Shown here: positions 9,862 through 18,551 of the stretch, in pieces
Layout of the letters: each line of letters starts with the position of its first letter
Numbering within the stretch: the stretch's first letter is position 1
Assembly: GCA_040402375.1 (NCBI GenBank)
Contig: JBBAMR010000001.1
Span: 123,358 to 187,357 of the forward strand
DNA length: 64,000 nt
Direction of reading: 5' to 3'
Source: Candidatus Nanopelagicaceae bacterium
GTDB lineage: Bacteria > Actinomycetota > Actinomycetes > Nanopelagicales > Nanopelagicaceae
The notes under the pieces: generated by a model
Database searches by the model: none
The model's input: only the letters and a program-made list of their open reading frames with translations
What the model was told of the DNA's origin: nothing
Made by a program: the position numbers and the translations under genes

Positions 9862-9883
9862 CAATCTTCCGGCAATCTTCCGG
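9862..9883 (+). repeat. perfect tandem duplication of an 11-mer, CAATCTTCCGG x2, plus partial third copy AATCT to 9889
   Basis: Read directly in the VIT-gltB intergenic region. The second copy runs into the palindrome TTCCGGAA (9878-9885). Confidence 0.95.
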
Positions 9884-10003
9884 AAATCTAGTACACCTTT
9901 TGGAGATCTCCTTGGTAGCCTTTCCCTCCGCTTAGCTCTAGCCCAACGCTAGGGGAGCGGATAGATCTCTAAGTACCTCTGCAAACGTCTTACTGGGCCA
10001 CCG

Positions 10004-13000
10004 ATGTCCCCAATCTTTATCAGTTCAATACTGAAATCGGGAGCGATCGTGACACTTTTTAGTACCTTGCCATCTCAACAGGGGTTGTACAACCCTGCCG
10101 ATGAGCACGATGCCTGTGGCGTCGCGATGGTTGCTACTCTCAATAAAGTTGCAACACACGAAATTGTTGCGCAAGCTCTTGAAGCGCTTCGCAACCTCGA
10201 GCACCGTGGTGCAACTGGTGCCGAACCAGATAGCGGTGATGGGGCGGGAATTCTCATTCGTATCCCGGATGCTTTCTATCGCGAAGTTTCAGGTTTTGCC
10301 CTTCCAGAAGTTGGCTCTTATGCAACGGGAATTGCTTTTATCGATTCATCCTTCTCCGATTACGATGGCATTCGCGAGATTGTTGAATCTGAAGATGCAG
10401 TTGTGCTTGGTTGGCGTGAACTACCAATCGATCCGGCAAAGCTTGGCAAGACAGCGCTCTCGGTCATGCCAAAATTTATGCAGATCTTTATCGCCGGCAC
10501 TAAGAATGAAAGTGGCTTAACACTAGATCGCCTAGCCTTCGTGATTCGCAAGCGGATCGAACATGCATTTCCGATCTACTTTCCATCTCTATCCTGCGCA
10601 ACAATTGTTTATAAGGGCATGCTTACCACTGGTCAGCTTGAAGAGTTCTTCCCGGATCTCTCTGACGTTCGCGTTCTTTCGCCACTTGCCGTTGTTCACT
10701 CGCGGTTCTCGACAAATACCTTCCCATCATGGCCGTTAGCTCACCCATATCGTTTCATCGCACACAATGGCGAGATCAATACTGTTAAAGGAAATCGCAA
10801 CTGGATGCGTGCCCGCGAGGCGCTGCTTGAGAGCGATCTCATTCCTGGTGACATCAGTCGAGTCTTCCCAATCATTGATACCCAAGGTAGCGATACAGCA
10901 TCTTTTGATGAGGTCCTCGAACTCCTCTATTTAGGTGGACGTTCACTGCCACACGCGATGTTGATGATGATTCCAGAAGCGTGGGAGAACCATGCGACGA
11001 TGTCACAAGAACGCCGTGATTTTTACGCCTTCCACTCTTCACTCATGGAGCCATGGGATGGACCAGCATGTGTCACCTTTACCGATGGAAACCAAGTGGG
11101 TGCAGTTCTAGACCGTAACGGCCTACGTCCTTCGCGTTTCTGGGTCACTGATGATGGACTTGTCGTCCTAGCTTCAGAGGTTGGTGTCCTCGATATCGCG
11201 CCTGAGCGCATCGTTCGAAAGGGTCGCTTACAACCGGGTCGCATGTTCCTTGTTGATATTGCCGAAGGCCGCATCATCGAAGACGATGAAATTAAATCTG
11301 AACTCGCATCGGCGCATCCCTACGGTGAATGGTTGCGAGATGGACTCGTCAAGCTTTCAGATCTACCAGCGCGCGAACACATCATCTATCCACACTCATC
11401 AGTCGTCCGCCGTCAACGCGCATTTGGATATACCGAAGAAGAGTTGCGCATCATCTTGACGCCAATGGCGCGCTTGGGGGCTGAACCACTCGGATCGATG
11501 GGTACTGATACACCAATCGCAGCGCTCTCTGAGAAGCCACGACTTCTCTTTGATTATTTCCAGCAACTCTTCGCGCAGGTAACGAATCCGCCACTTGATG
11601 CGATTCGTGAAGAGTTAGTAACGAGCCTCGGGGCAACGATCGGTGCTGAGCAGAACCTCCTCGATCCAGGTCCGGCATCATGTCGTCAAATTCAACTCGA
11701 CTTCCCAGTCATTGATAATGATGAACTTGCCAAGATTGTCCACGTCAACATTGATGATGAACGACCAGAATTTCAATCGTATGTAGTCCGTGGGCTCTTC
11801 CCGGTTGCTGGTGGGGGAGAAGCGCTGCAAGAGCGCATTGAAGAGATTCGCGCCGAAGTCTCACAAGCGATTGCTGATGGTGCGCACATCATCGTTCTCT
11901 CGGATCGAGATGGCGACTCTGAAGATGCACCGATTCCATCATTGCTCTTAACTTCTGCGATTCACCATCACCTCATCCGCGAGAAGACTCGTACTCAAGT
12001 AGGGCTAATCGTTGAATCTGGTGAAGTACGCGAAGTTCACCATATTGCACTGTTGATCGGCTTTGGAGCTGCTGCCGTTAATCCTTACCTTGCAATGGAA
12101 TCTGCAGAAGATCTCGTTCGTCAGGGTGTTATCACGGGAATCACGCCTGAAAAGGCAGTTGCAAATCTCATTAAGTCACTCGGCAAGGGTGTGCTCAAGG
12201 TGATGTCGAAGATGGGTATCTCGACGATCGCCTCGTATACAGGTGCTCAAGTCTTTGAAGCGATTGGCTTGTCAAAGGCTGTCGTTGATGAGTACTTCTC
12301 TGGCCTCACCTCTCGCCTTGGTGGAATCTCACTCGATACGATCGCAGAAGAAACCATCAAACGCCATCACATCGCCTACCCACCAGGTGGTGAGATTCCA
12401 GGAACAAAGAAGCTACCAATCGGTGGCGAGTATCAATGGCGTCGTGAAGGTGAGCCACACCTCTTCGATCCAGAGACCGTCTTCAGACTTCAGCACGCAA
12501 CTCGTGCAAAGCGTTATGACATCTTTAAGCAGTACACCAACCATATTGATGAGCAGTCAAAGCGCTTGATGACCTTACGTGGCCTCTTCGCTTTCAAGGA
12601 GGGTATTCGTCCAGCAGTTCCGATCGATGAAGTCGAACCGATCTCATCGATCATCAAGCGTTTTGCAACAGGTGCAATGTCGTACGGCTCAATCTCCCAA
12701 GAGGCTCATGAGACGCTTGCGATTGCGATGAACCGGATTGGTGGAAAATCTAATACTGGTGAAGGCGGAGAATCTCCAGATCGATTTGTGCAGGATCCAA
12801 ACGGTGATTCGCGCCGATCAGCTGTGAAGCAGGTGGCATCAGGTCGTTTTGGCGTAACATCAAATTATTTAGTTAATGCCGATGATATTCAGATCAAGAT
12901 GGCACAGGGAGCAAAGCCTGGCGAAGGTGGCCAGCTTCCTGGAAACAAGGTCTATCCGTGGATTGCGCAGGTGCGTTATTCAACGCCTGGCGTTGGTCTG

Positions 13001-14563
13001 ATCTCACCACCACCGCATCATGATATTTATTCGATTGAAGATCTTGCGCAGCTGATCCACGATCTCAAGAATGCAAACCGTAATGCACGAGTGCATGTGA
13101 AGTTGGTTGCAGAAGTCGGCGTCGGAACTGTTGCCGCCGGCGTCTCGAAGGCTCACGCAGATGTTGTACTGATCTCTGGTCACGATGGCGGCACCGGTGC
13201 TTCACCACTCACATCACTCAAGCACGCAGGAGCCCCGTGGGAGTTAGGCCTTGCTGAAACTCAACAAACCCTGATGCTCAACGGACTTCGCGATCGAATC
13301 GTCGTTCAGGTTGATGGTCAGATGAAGACAGGCCGCGATGTTGTTATTGCTGCGTTACTTGGTGCAGAAGAGTTTGGCTTTGCGACTGCACCGCTCGTTG
13401 TCTCTGGTTGCGTCATGATGCGCGTCTGTCATCTCGATACCTGCCCAGTGGGTGTCGCTACGCAGAACCCAGAACTTCGTGCCAAGTTCTCCGGTAAGCC
13501 AGAGTTTGTCGAAACCTTCTTCGAATATATTGCCGAAGAAGTTCGTGAATGGTTGGCAAGACTCGGCTATCGCACTCTAGAAGAGGCAATCGGCCAGGTT
13601 GAGTTACTCGATACTGCAGCCGCGATCAGCCACTGGAAGGCGAGCGGTCTTGATTTAGCACCGCTACTTGCCGCACCATCGAGCATGGCCTACCCAGATC
13701 GTAAGAACACATCCTCACAAGATCATGGTCTTGATGCGGCGCTCGATAATGAACTTATTGTTCTTGCTGCTGATGCACTGAACGATGCAAAGCCGGTTCG
13801 TCTCTCCGTCAATGTGCGCAACGTCAATCGCACTGTCGGAACGATGCTCGGCGCCGAAATTACCCGCAGATATGGTGGTGAAGGTCTTCCAGAGAACACC
13901 ATCGATGCCACCTTCCATGGTGCTGTTGGTCAATCCTTCGGTGCATTTATCCCAGCAGGCCTCACGCTTCGACTCTACGGGGATGCGAATGATCATGTTG
14001 GTAAGGGCTTATCAGGTGGTCGAGTAATTGTCCGCCAGGATGAGAAATCACTTGTGAAATCTGAAGAGAACGTCATCGCCGGTAACGTCATTGGTTACGG
14101 TGCAACAAGTGGTGAGATCTTTATTCGAGGTATGGTCGGAGAACGTTTCTGCGTTCGTAACTCTGGCGCAACTGCGATAGTCGAAGGCGTGGGAGATCAC
14201 GGCTGTGAGTACATGACTGGCGGAGTAGCGATCATCTTGGGTAAGACGGGACGTAACTTTGCGGCAGGCATGTCAGGTGGCCGAGCCTTTGTCTTGGATC
14301 TCGATCCGCGCCTTGTGAATACCGATATGGTCGATATTCTCGCCCTGCCGGCTGATCAGGATGAGATTGTTCGATCTCTGCTTGAGCGCTATTACGCTGA
14401 AACTAGCTCTGTTGTCGCGCACTCTCTGATCTCTGATTGGGAGAACGAGAAGAAGCGGATCTCACTCGTCATGCCACGCGACTACGCGCGCGTTCTTGCT
14501 GCGATGGAGCGAGCTAAACGAGAAGGACTTGATGTCGATAAAGTAGTTATGGAGGCGTTGTAA
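10004..14563 (+). CDS. gltB: glutamate synthase (NADPH) large subunit
   Basis: 1519-aa ORF. Ntn-amidotransferase Cys in [11 protein letters not shown], plus FMN and Fe-S regions (GEGGE, the [13 protein letters not shown] cluster motif). An alternative, better-supported start is GTG 10049, preceded by GGGAG (10039-10043) with a 5-nt spacer. Confidence 0.95.
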   Translation: MSPIFISSILKSGAIVTLFSTLPSQQGLYNPADEHDACGVAMVATLNKVATHEIVAQALEALRNLEHRGATGAEPDSGDGAGILIRIPDAFYREVSGFALPEVGSYATGIAFIDSSFSDYDGIREIVESEDAVVLGWRELPIDPAKLGKTALSVMPKFMQIFIAGTKNESGLTLDRLAFVIRKRIEHAFPIYFPSLSCATIVYKGMLTTGQLEEFFPDLSDVRVLSPLAVVHSRFSTNTFPSWPLAHPYRFIAHNGEINTVKGNRNWMRAREALLESDLIPGDISRVFPIIDTQGSDTASFDEVLELLYLGGRSLPHAMLMMIPEAWENHATMSQERRDFYAFHSSLMEPWDGPACVTFTDGNQVGAVLDRNGLRPSRFWVTDDGLVVLASEVGVLDIAPERIVRKGRLQPGRMFLVDIAEGRIIEDDEIKSELASAHPYGEWLRDGLVKLSDLPAREHIIYPHSSVVRRQRAFGYTEEELRIILTPMARLGAEPLGSMGTDTPIAALSEKPRLLFDYFQQLFAQVTNPPLDAIREELVTSLGATIGAEQNLLDPGPASCRQIQLDFPVIDNDELAKIVHVNIDDERPEFQSYVVRGLFPVAGGGEALQERIEEIRAEVSQAIADGAHIIVLSDRDGDSEDAPIPSLLLTSAIHHHLIREKTRTQVGLIVESGEVREVHHIALLIGFGAAAVNPYLAMESAEDLVRQGVITGITPEKAVANLIKSLGKGVLKVMSKMGISTIASYTGAQVFEAIGLSKAVVDEYFSGLTSRLGGISLDTIAEETIKRHHIAYPPGGEIPGTKKLPIGGEYQWRREGEPHLFDPETVFRLQHATRAKRYDIFKQYTNHIDEQSKRLMTLRGLFAFKEGIRPAVPIDEVEPISSIIKRFATGAMSYGSISQEAHETLAIAMNRIGGKSNTGEGGESPDRFVQDPNGDSRRSAVKQVASGRFGVTSNYLVNADDIQIKMAQGAKPGEGGQLPGNKVYPWIAQVRYSTPGVGLISPPPHHDIYSIEDLAQLIHDLKNANRNARVHVKLVAEVGVGTVAAGVSKAHADVVLISGHDGGTGASPLTSLKHAGAPWELGLAETQQTLMLNGLRDRIVVQVDGQMKTGRDVVIAALLGAEEFGFATAPLVVSGCVMMRVCHLDTCPVGVATQNPELRAKFSGKPEFVETFFEYIAEEVREWLARLGYRTLEEAIGQVELLDTAAAISHWKASGLDLAPLLAAPSSMAYPDRKNTSSQDHGLDAALDNELIVLAADALNDAKPVRLSVNVRNVNRTVGTMLGAEITRRYGGEGLPENTIDATFHGAVGQSFGAFIPAGLTLRLYGDANDHVGKGLSGGRVIVRQDEKSLVKSEENVIAGNVIGYGATSGEIFIRGMVGERFCVRNSGATAIVEGVGDHGCEYMTGGVAIILGKTGRNFAAGMSGGRAFVLDLDPRLVNTDMVDILALPADQDEIVRSLLERYYAETSSVVAHSLISDWENEKKRISLVMPRDYARVLAAMERAKREGLDVDKVVMEAL

Positions 14564-14565
14564 CA

Positions 14566-16023
14566 ATGGCTGATCCAAAGGGTTTCCTTACAACACCGCG
14601 AGAAGTTCCAAAGCGTCGTCCGGTTGATGTACGTATTAGGGATTGGAAAGAGGTCTACGAGCCACAAGAGTTCACCGACCTACAGAAGCAAGCTGGTCGC
14701 TGTATGGACTGTGGAATACCTTTCTGTCATAACGGTTGCCCGCTCGGCAATTTAATTCCAGAGTGGAACGACCTCATCTGGCGGGGGGAGAAGTTAGAGG
14801 CGATCGATCGCTTGCATGCGACAAATAACTTCCCAGAATTTACCGGTCGCCTCTGCCCAGCTCCGTGTGAGACTGCCTGCGTAGTCGGTATAAATGCCGA
14901 CGCTGTCACGATCAAGCAGATCGAACTTCGTACTATTGAAGAAGCCTTTGAGATGGGCACAGTGAAACCGCTGCCATCTGAGCGCTTAACTGGAAAGACC
15001 GTCGCTGTTATTGGTTCTGGTCCTGCCGGACTCGCAGCTGCGCAGCAATTGACTCGCGCAGGTCATACCGTTGCGGTCTACGAGCGTGCAAACAGAATCG
15101 GTGGATTACTCCGCTACGGAATTCCAGAATTTAAGATGGAGAAGTCGATCGTCGATCGCCGGCTTGCACAGATGGAAGCCGAAGGAACTCGTTTTAGATC
15201 TGGCGTCAATGTGGGCGTAGATATCACGGGCGAACAGTTGCGATCAAAGTACGATGCCGTTGTCTTGGCAGTCGGTTCAACCAATTGGCGTGACCTCAAT
15301 GCACCTGGCCGTGAGCTCATTGGGATCTATCAGGCGATGGAATATCTGCCGTGGGGTAATAAGCAGGGTCTCAATGAGCTTGAAACGACGCCTCCGATCA
15401 ACGCTGCTGGCAAGCATGTTGTCATTCTCGGTGGTGGAGATACTGGCGCCGATTGCCTTGGAACAGCGATTCGTCAAGGCGCTGCTAGTGTCACTCAACT
15501 AGAGATCATGCCGCGACCAACGGAAGAACGTCCTTCATCTCAACCGTGGCCTACCTATCCAATGATCTATCGCATCAGCTCGGCTCATGAAGAAGCGGGC
15601 GAGCGCCTCTACGCCGTATCCACCGAGAAGTTCTTGGGGGATAGCGATGGAAACCTTCGTGCGCTCCAACTCGTTGAAACTGAATTCATCAATGGAAAAT
15701 TTGAGAAGATTGAAGGGTCAGAGCGTGAGATTCCTGCTGATCTCGTCTTCCTGGCGATGGGATTCCTTGGGCCTGAGAAGAGTGAACTCTTGATCCAACT
15801 CGAAGTTGATCTCGATGATCGCGGCAACATCAAGCGCGATGGTGACTTTGCAACAAGCGTCGATGGCGTCTTCGTTGCTGGCGATGCGGGCCGCGGACAG
15901 TCGTTGATTGTTTGGGCAATCGCTGAAGGCCGTAGTTGTGCTGCCGCAGTGGATTCATACCTTGAAGGCGCAACTCAACTTCCTTCACCAATCGAACCCA
16001 CTACTCGACCATTAATGGTCTAG
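14566..16023 (+). CDS. gltD: glutamate synthase small subunit
   Basis: 485 aa. Cys clusters (CMDCGIPFC, CPAPCETAC) and two dinucleotide-binding motifs (VIGSGPAGLAAA, ILGGGDTGADC). Starts 2 nt after the gltB stop. Confidence 0.95.
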   Translation: MADPKGFLTTPREVPKRRPVDVRIRDWKEVYEPQEFTDLQKQAGRCMDCGIPFCHNGCPLGNLIPEWNDLIWRGEKLEAIDRLHATNNFPEFTGRLCPAPCETACVVGINADAVTIKQIELRTIEEAFEMGTVKPLPSERLTGKTVAVIGSGPAGLAAAQQLTRAGHTVAVYERANRIGGLLRYGIPEFKMEKSIVDRRLAQMEAEGTRFRSGVNVGVDITGEQLRSKYDAVVLAVGSTNWRDLNAPGRELIGIYQAMEYLPWGNKQGLNELETTPPINAAGKHVVILGGGDTGADCLGTAIRQGAASVTQLEIMPRPTEERPSSQPWPTYPMIYRISSAHEEAGERLYAVSTEKFLGDSDGNLRALQLVETEFINGKFEKIEGSEREIPADLVFLAMGFLGPEKSELLIQLEVDLDDRGNIKRDGDFATSVDGVFVAGDAGRGQSLIVWAIAEGRSCAAAVDSYLEGATQLPSPIEPTTRPLMV

Positions 16024-16111
16024 ATCTAGCTCATCCCAGAGTTCAGAGAGATTCCATCTCGCTGAAGTGAAAAATGATTACTACCGCAAGGTAATAGATT
16101 AAGGTTGCACT

Positions 16112-17554
16112 ATGCGAAGAGCGAAGATTGTATGCACGATGGGTCCTGCTGTTGAATCCTCAGAGAAGGTAGAGGAGCTCATTGCTGCCGGCATGAATAT
16201 GGCACGACTCAACCTCTCACATGGTGGGTACGAAGATCACCAAGTTCGCCTTGATCGCGTCCGTACCGCCGCCAAGAAGAGCGGTAAGGCTGTAGCGATT
16301 CTGGTAGACCTCCAGGGTCCAAAGATTCGTCTCGCTAGGTTTGCAGCTGGTCCACACGAACTATTTCGTGGCGACATCTTCACCATCACAACTGATGAGG
16401 TCGAGGGAACTAAAGAGCGTTGTGGCACCACCTATAAGGGGCTACCAGGCGATTGCAAGCCAGGGGATCGAATCCTGATCGATGATGGCAAGGTCTCAGT
16501 AGAAGTTGTAGAAGTAAAGGGCAACGATGTTGTCACAAAGGTAATTCAGCCAGGTTTTGTTTCTAACAACAAGGGAATCAATCTTCCAGGTGTTGCAGTC
16601 TCCGTGCCAGCAATGTCAGAGAAAGATATTGAAGATCTTCGTTGGGGATTGCGCGCCGGCGCTGATTTCATCGCACTCTCCTTTGTGCGTAATGCAAAAG
16701 ATATTGATGACGTCCATGCGATTATGGATGAGGTCGGCATCCGCCGCCCAGTAATTGCAAAGATTGAGAAGCCTCAAGCGGTAGATAATCTTGAAGAGAT
16801 CGTCGCTGCCTTCGATGGCATCATGGTCGCGCGAGGTGATCTAGGTGTTGAGATGCCGATTGAAGAAGTCCCATTGGTGCAGAAGCGTTGCATCACCTTG
16901 AGCCGCGAAGCTGCAAAGCCGGTTATCGTCGCAACTCAGATGCTTGAGTCGATGATCTCAAGTTCTTCACCAACTCGTGCTGAGGCAACAGATTGTGCCA
17001 ACGCGGTACTTGATGGCGCAGATGCACTCATGCTTTCAGGCGAGACATCAATCGGCGCATTTGCGATCGAAGCGGTCACAACGATGGCTCGCATCATCGA
17101 ACGCACAGAAGAAGCGATGCTTGAGCGAATTCCTGCCATTCAACATGCTCCCACCACTAAGGGTGGAGCTATCACAAAAGCTGCGACTGAAATCGGCGCG
17201 ACCGTTGATGCGAAGTACTTGATCGCCTTTACCCAGAGCGGTGAATCTGCCCGTCGTATCGCACGCTTTCGCTCCCCGATTAGCCTCTTGGCAATGACCC
17301 CCGAAGAGCATGTCTACAACCAGTTAGCTCTCAGTTGGGGAGTGGAGCCGATTATTACTCCGATGGTCTCCCATACAGATGAGATGGTGAAGCAGGTTGA
17401 CACATATCTCTTGGATTCTCACCGCTGCACAAAGGGCGAGACGGTAGTGATCGTTGCCGGAGCTCCTCCGGGGATTCCTGGCTCAACCAACGCAGTCCGG
17501 GTTCACATCATCGGTGATGCAGTCGATGGCGTTGCCCCCGCTTACCGCGCTTAG
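16112..17554 (+). CDS. pyk: pyruvate kinase
   Basis: 480 aa with MRRAKIVCTMGPA, NMARLNLSHG, MVARGDLGVE and ATQMLESM. Confidence 0.96.
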   Translation: MRRAKIVCTMGPAVESSEKVEELIAAGMNMARLNLSHGGYEDHQVRLDRVRTAAKKSGKAVAILVDLQGPKIRLARFAAGPHELFRGDIFTITTDEVEGTKERCGTTYKGLPGDCKPGDRILIDDGKVSVEVVEVKGNDVVTKVIQPGFVSNNKGINLPGVAVSVPAMSEKDIEDLRWGLRAGADFIALSFVRNAKDIDDVHAIMDEVGIRRPVIAKIEKPQAVDNLEEIVAAFDGIMVARGDLGVEMPIEEVPLVQKRCITLSREAAKPVIVATQMLESMISSSSPTRAEATDCANAVLDGADALMLSGETSIGAFAIEAVTTMARIIERTEEAMLERIPAIQHAPTTKGGAITKAATEIGATVDAKYLIAFTQSGESARRIARFRSPISLLAMTPEEHVYNQLALSWGVEPIITPMVSHTDEMVKQVDTYLLDSHRCTKGETVVIVAGAPPGIPGSTNAVRVHIIGDAVDGVAPAYRA

Positions 17555-17598
17555 ATCAGCGCTACATTCTTTCCAATCGTGATCGAGATTCGGCAATT

Positions 17599-17627
17599 AT
17601 GCCTAGGAGTTATAAACTTCCAGGCAT
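17599..17627 (+). terminator. candidate stem-loop downstream of pyk (8 bp plus a 1-nt bulge, 12-nt loop); no adjacent U-tract
   Basis: atgcct(a)gg / ccaggcat pair by eye. A T-run (gagtttt) appears only 10 nt later. Confidence 0.25.
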
Positions 17628-17655
17628 AGTTCAGAGTTTTCTATAAGGAACGAAG

Positions 17656-17728
17656 GCCTCGGTACTCCAACGGTAGAGAGGGCGGACTCAAAATCCGCAC
17701 AGTGTCGGTTCAAATCCGACTCGAGGCA
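17656..17728 (+). tRNA. tRNA with anticodon CAA (Leu by anticodon), 73 nt, class-I (5-nt) variable loop, CCA not encoded
   Basis: Hand-folded cloverleaf:
- Acceptor stem gcctcgg/tcgaggc (6 Watson-Crick pairs plus G.U).
- D arm ctc-caacggtaga-gag.
- Anticodon arm gcgga-CTCAAAA-tccgc, anticodon at 17689-17691.
- Variable loop acagt.
- T arm gtcgg-TTCAAAT-ccgac.
- Discriminator A at 17728. Confidence 0.8.
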
Positions 17729-17729
17729 C

Positions 17730-18350
17730 ATGACAGAGATATCTAGCCCAGAAGTGCTACCGAGCGCGCGCATTCTTGTTGCCGAAGATGAGGCGATCAT
17801 CCGACTCGATCTTGTCGAGATGTTGACTGAGGCTGGCTACACCGTAGTTGCCCAAGCTACTAACGGTCTCGAAGCAATTGCACTTGCGCAAGAACATCGC
17901 CCAGATTTAGCAATCCTTGATGTGAAGATGCCCGAGCTCGATGGCATTTCGGCGGCAGAGAAGATCATCGAAATCTCGCCAGTCCTCATGCTCACCGCCT
18001 TTAGCCAACGTGAATTAGTCGAACGTGCTCGTGACGCTGGTGTGATGGCATATGTCGTGAAGCCATTTGGTATCTCTGATTTAATTCCAGCGATTGAGAT
18101 CGCGATGAGTCGCCATACTCAGATGAAATCTTTGGCAGAGGAAGTAGCAGATCTGCATGAGCGACTTGAGACCCGCAAGGTGATCGATCGCGCGAAGGGG
18201 ATCCTGATGAAGGCCCTCAATCTGACCGAGCCAGAGGCCTTCTCCTGGATTCAGCGGGCGGCGATGGATCGTCGAATCTCGATGAAGGATGTCTCACTCG
18301 CTGTGATCTCACCCGATGCCGTGCCCGATAGTATGAAAAATCTTAGATAG
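17730..18350 (+). CDS. pdtaR: response regulator with ANTAR RNA-binding output domain (PdtaR-like)
   Basis: 206 aa. REC domain (ILVAEDEAIIR, acceptor Asp in LAILDVKMPELDG, VVKPF) followed by an ANTAR domain (RKVIDRAKGILM...AFSWIQRAAMDRRISM). ATG 17730 lies 1 nt after the tRNA discriminator base. An in-frame alternative is GTG 17754. Confidence 0.9.
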   Translation: MTEISSPEVLPSARILVAEDEAIIRLDLVEMLTEAGYTVVAQATNGLEAIALAQEHRPDLAILDVKMPELDGISAAEKIIEISPVLMLTAFSQRELVERARDAGVMAYVVKPFGISDLIPAIEIAMSRHTQMKSLAEEVADLHERLETRKVIDRAKGILMKALNLTEPEAFSWIQRAAMDRRISMKDVSLAVISPDAVPDSMKNLR

Positions 18351-18551
18351 CGAGACGATTACCTCTCTCTGAGCACTCTTTCTGCGAAGTATATGCATCT
18401 TAATCTCGCCTTGATCTAGGCGTAAAAGTAACGAAACTGAGATCAAAATTGATGGAAATATCGTTCACTCCACTTGTCTCATCTAGCGAGAACAAGTTAC
18501 CCTTTCCTACTCCCTGTCCCGGGAAATAACAGGTTAGTAAGAAAGGTCCAC

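Noticed and set aside
9861-10003. A GlnR box (gTnAc-n6-GaAAc) upstream of gltB.
   Set aside because: The closest string (gtacctctgcaaac, about 9973-9986) does not fit the half-site pattern or spacing.
17656-17728. Reading the tRNA on the minus strand, where the anticodon loop would give TTG (Gln).
   Set aside because: The canonical GGTTCAAATCC T-arm, U8/A14 and the GG of the D loop exist only on the plus strand. The reverse complement has a 5-bp 'D stem' and no T-loop consensus.
17560-18360. Possibility that the tRNA marks an integration site or genomic island.
   Set aside because: There is no integrase, recombinase, phage or transposase gene. I saw no repeat of the tRNA 3' half downstream. 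Both flanks (pyk, ANTAR regulator, liv operon) are core genes in conserved actinobacterial order.
18351-18551. A canonical dual-hexaloop ANTAR target motif in the liv leader.
   Set aside because: Only one 5-bp/hexaloop hairpin was found (loop TGATCT). It lacks the conserved loop A1/G4 pattern I remember, and there is no adjacent second hexaloop hairpin. I kept this only as a hypothesis in the findings.
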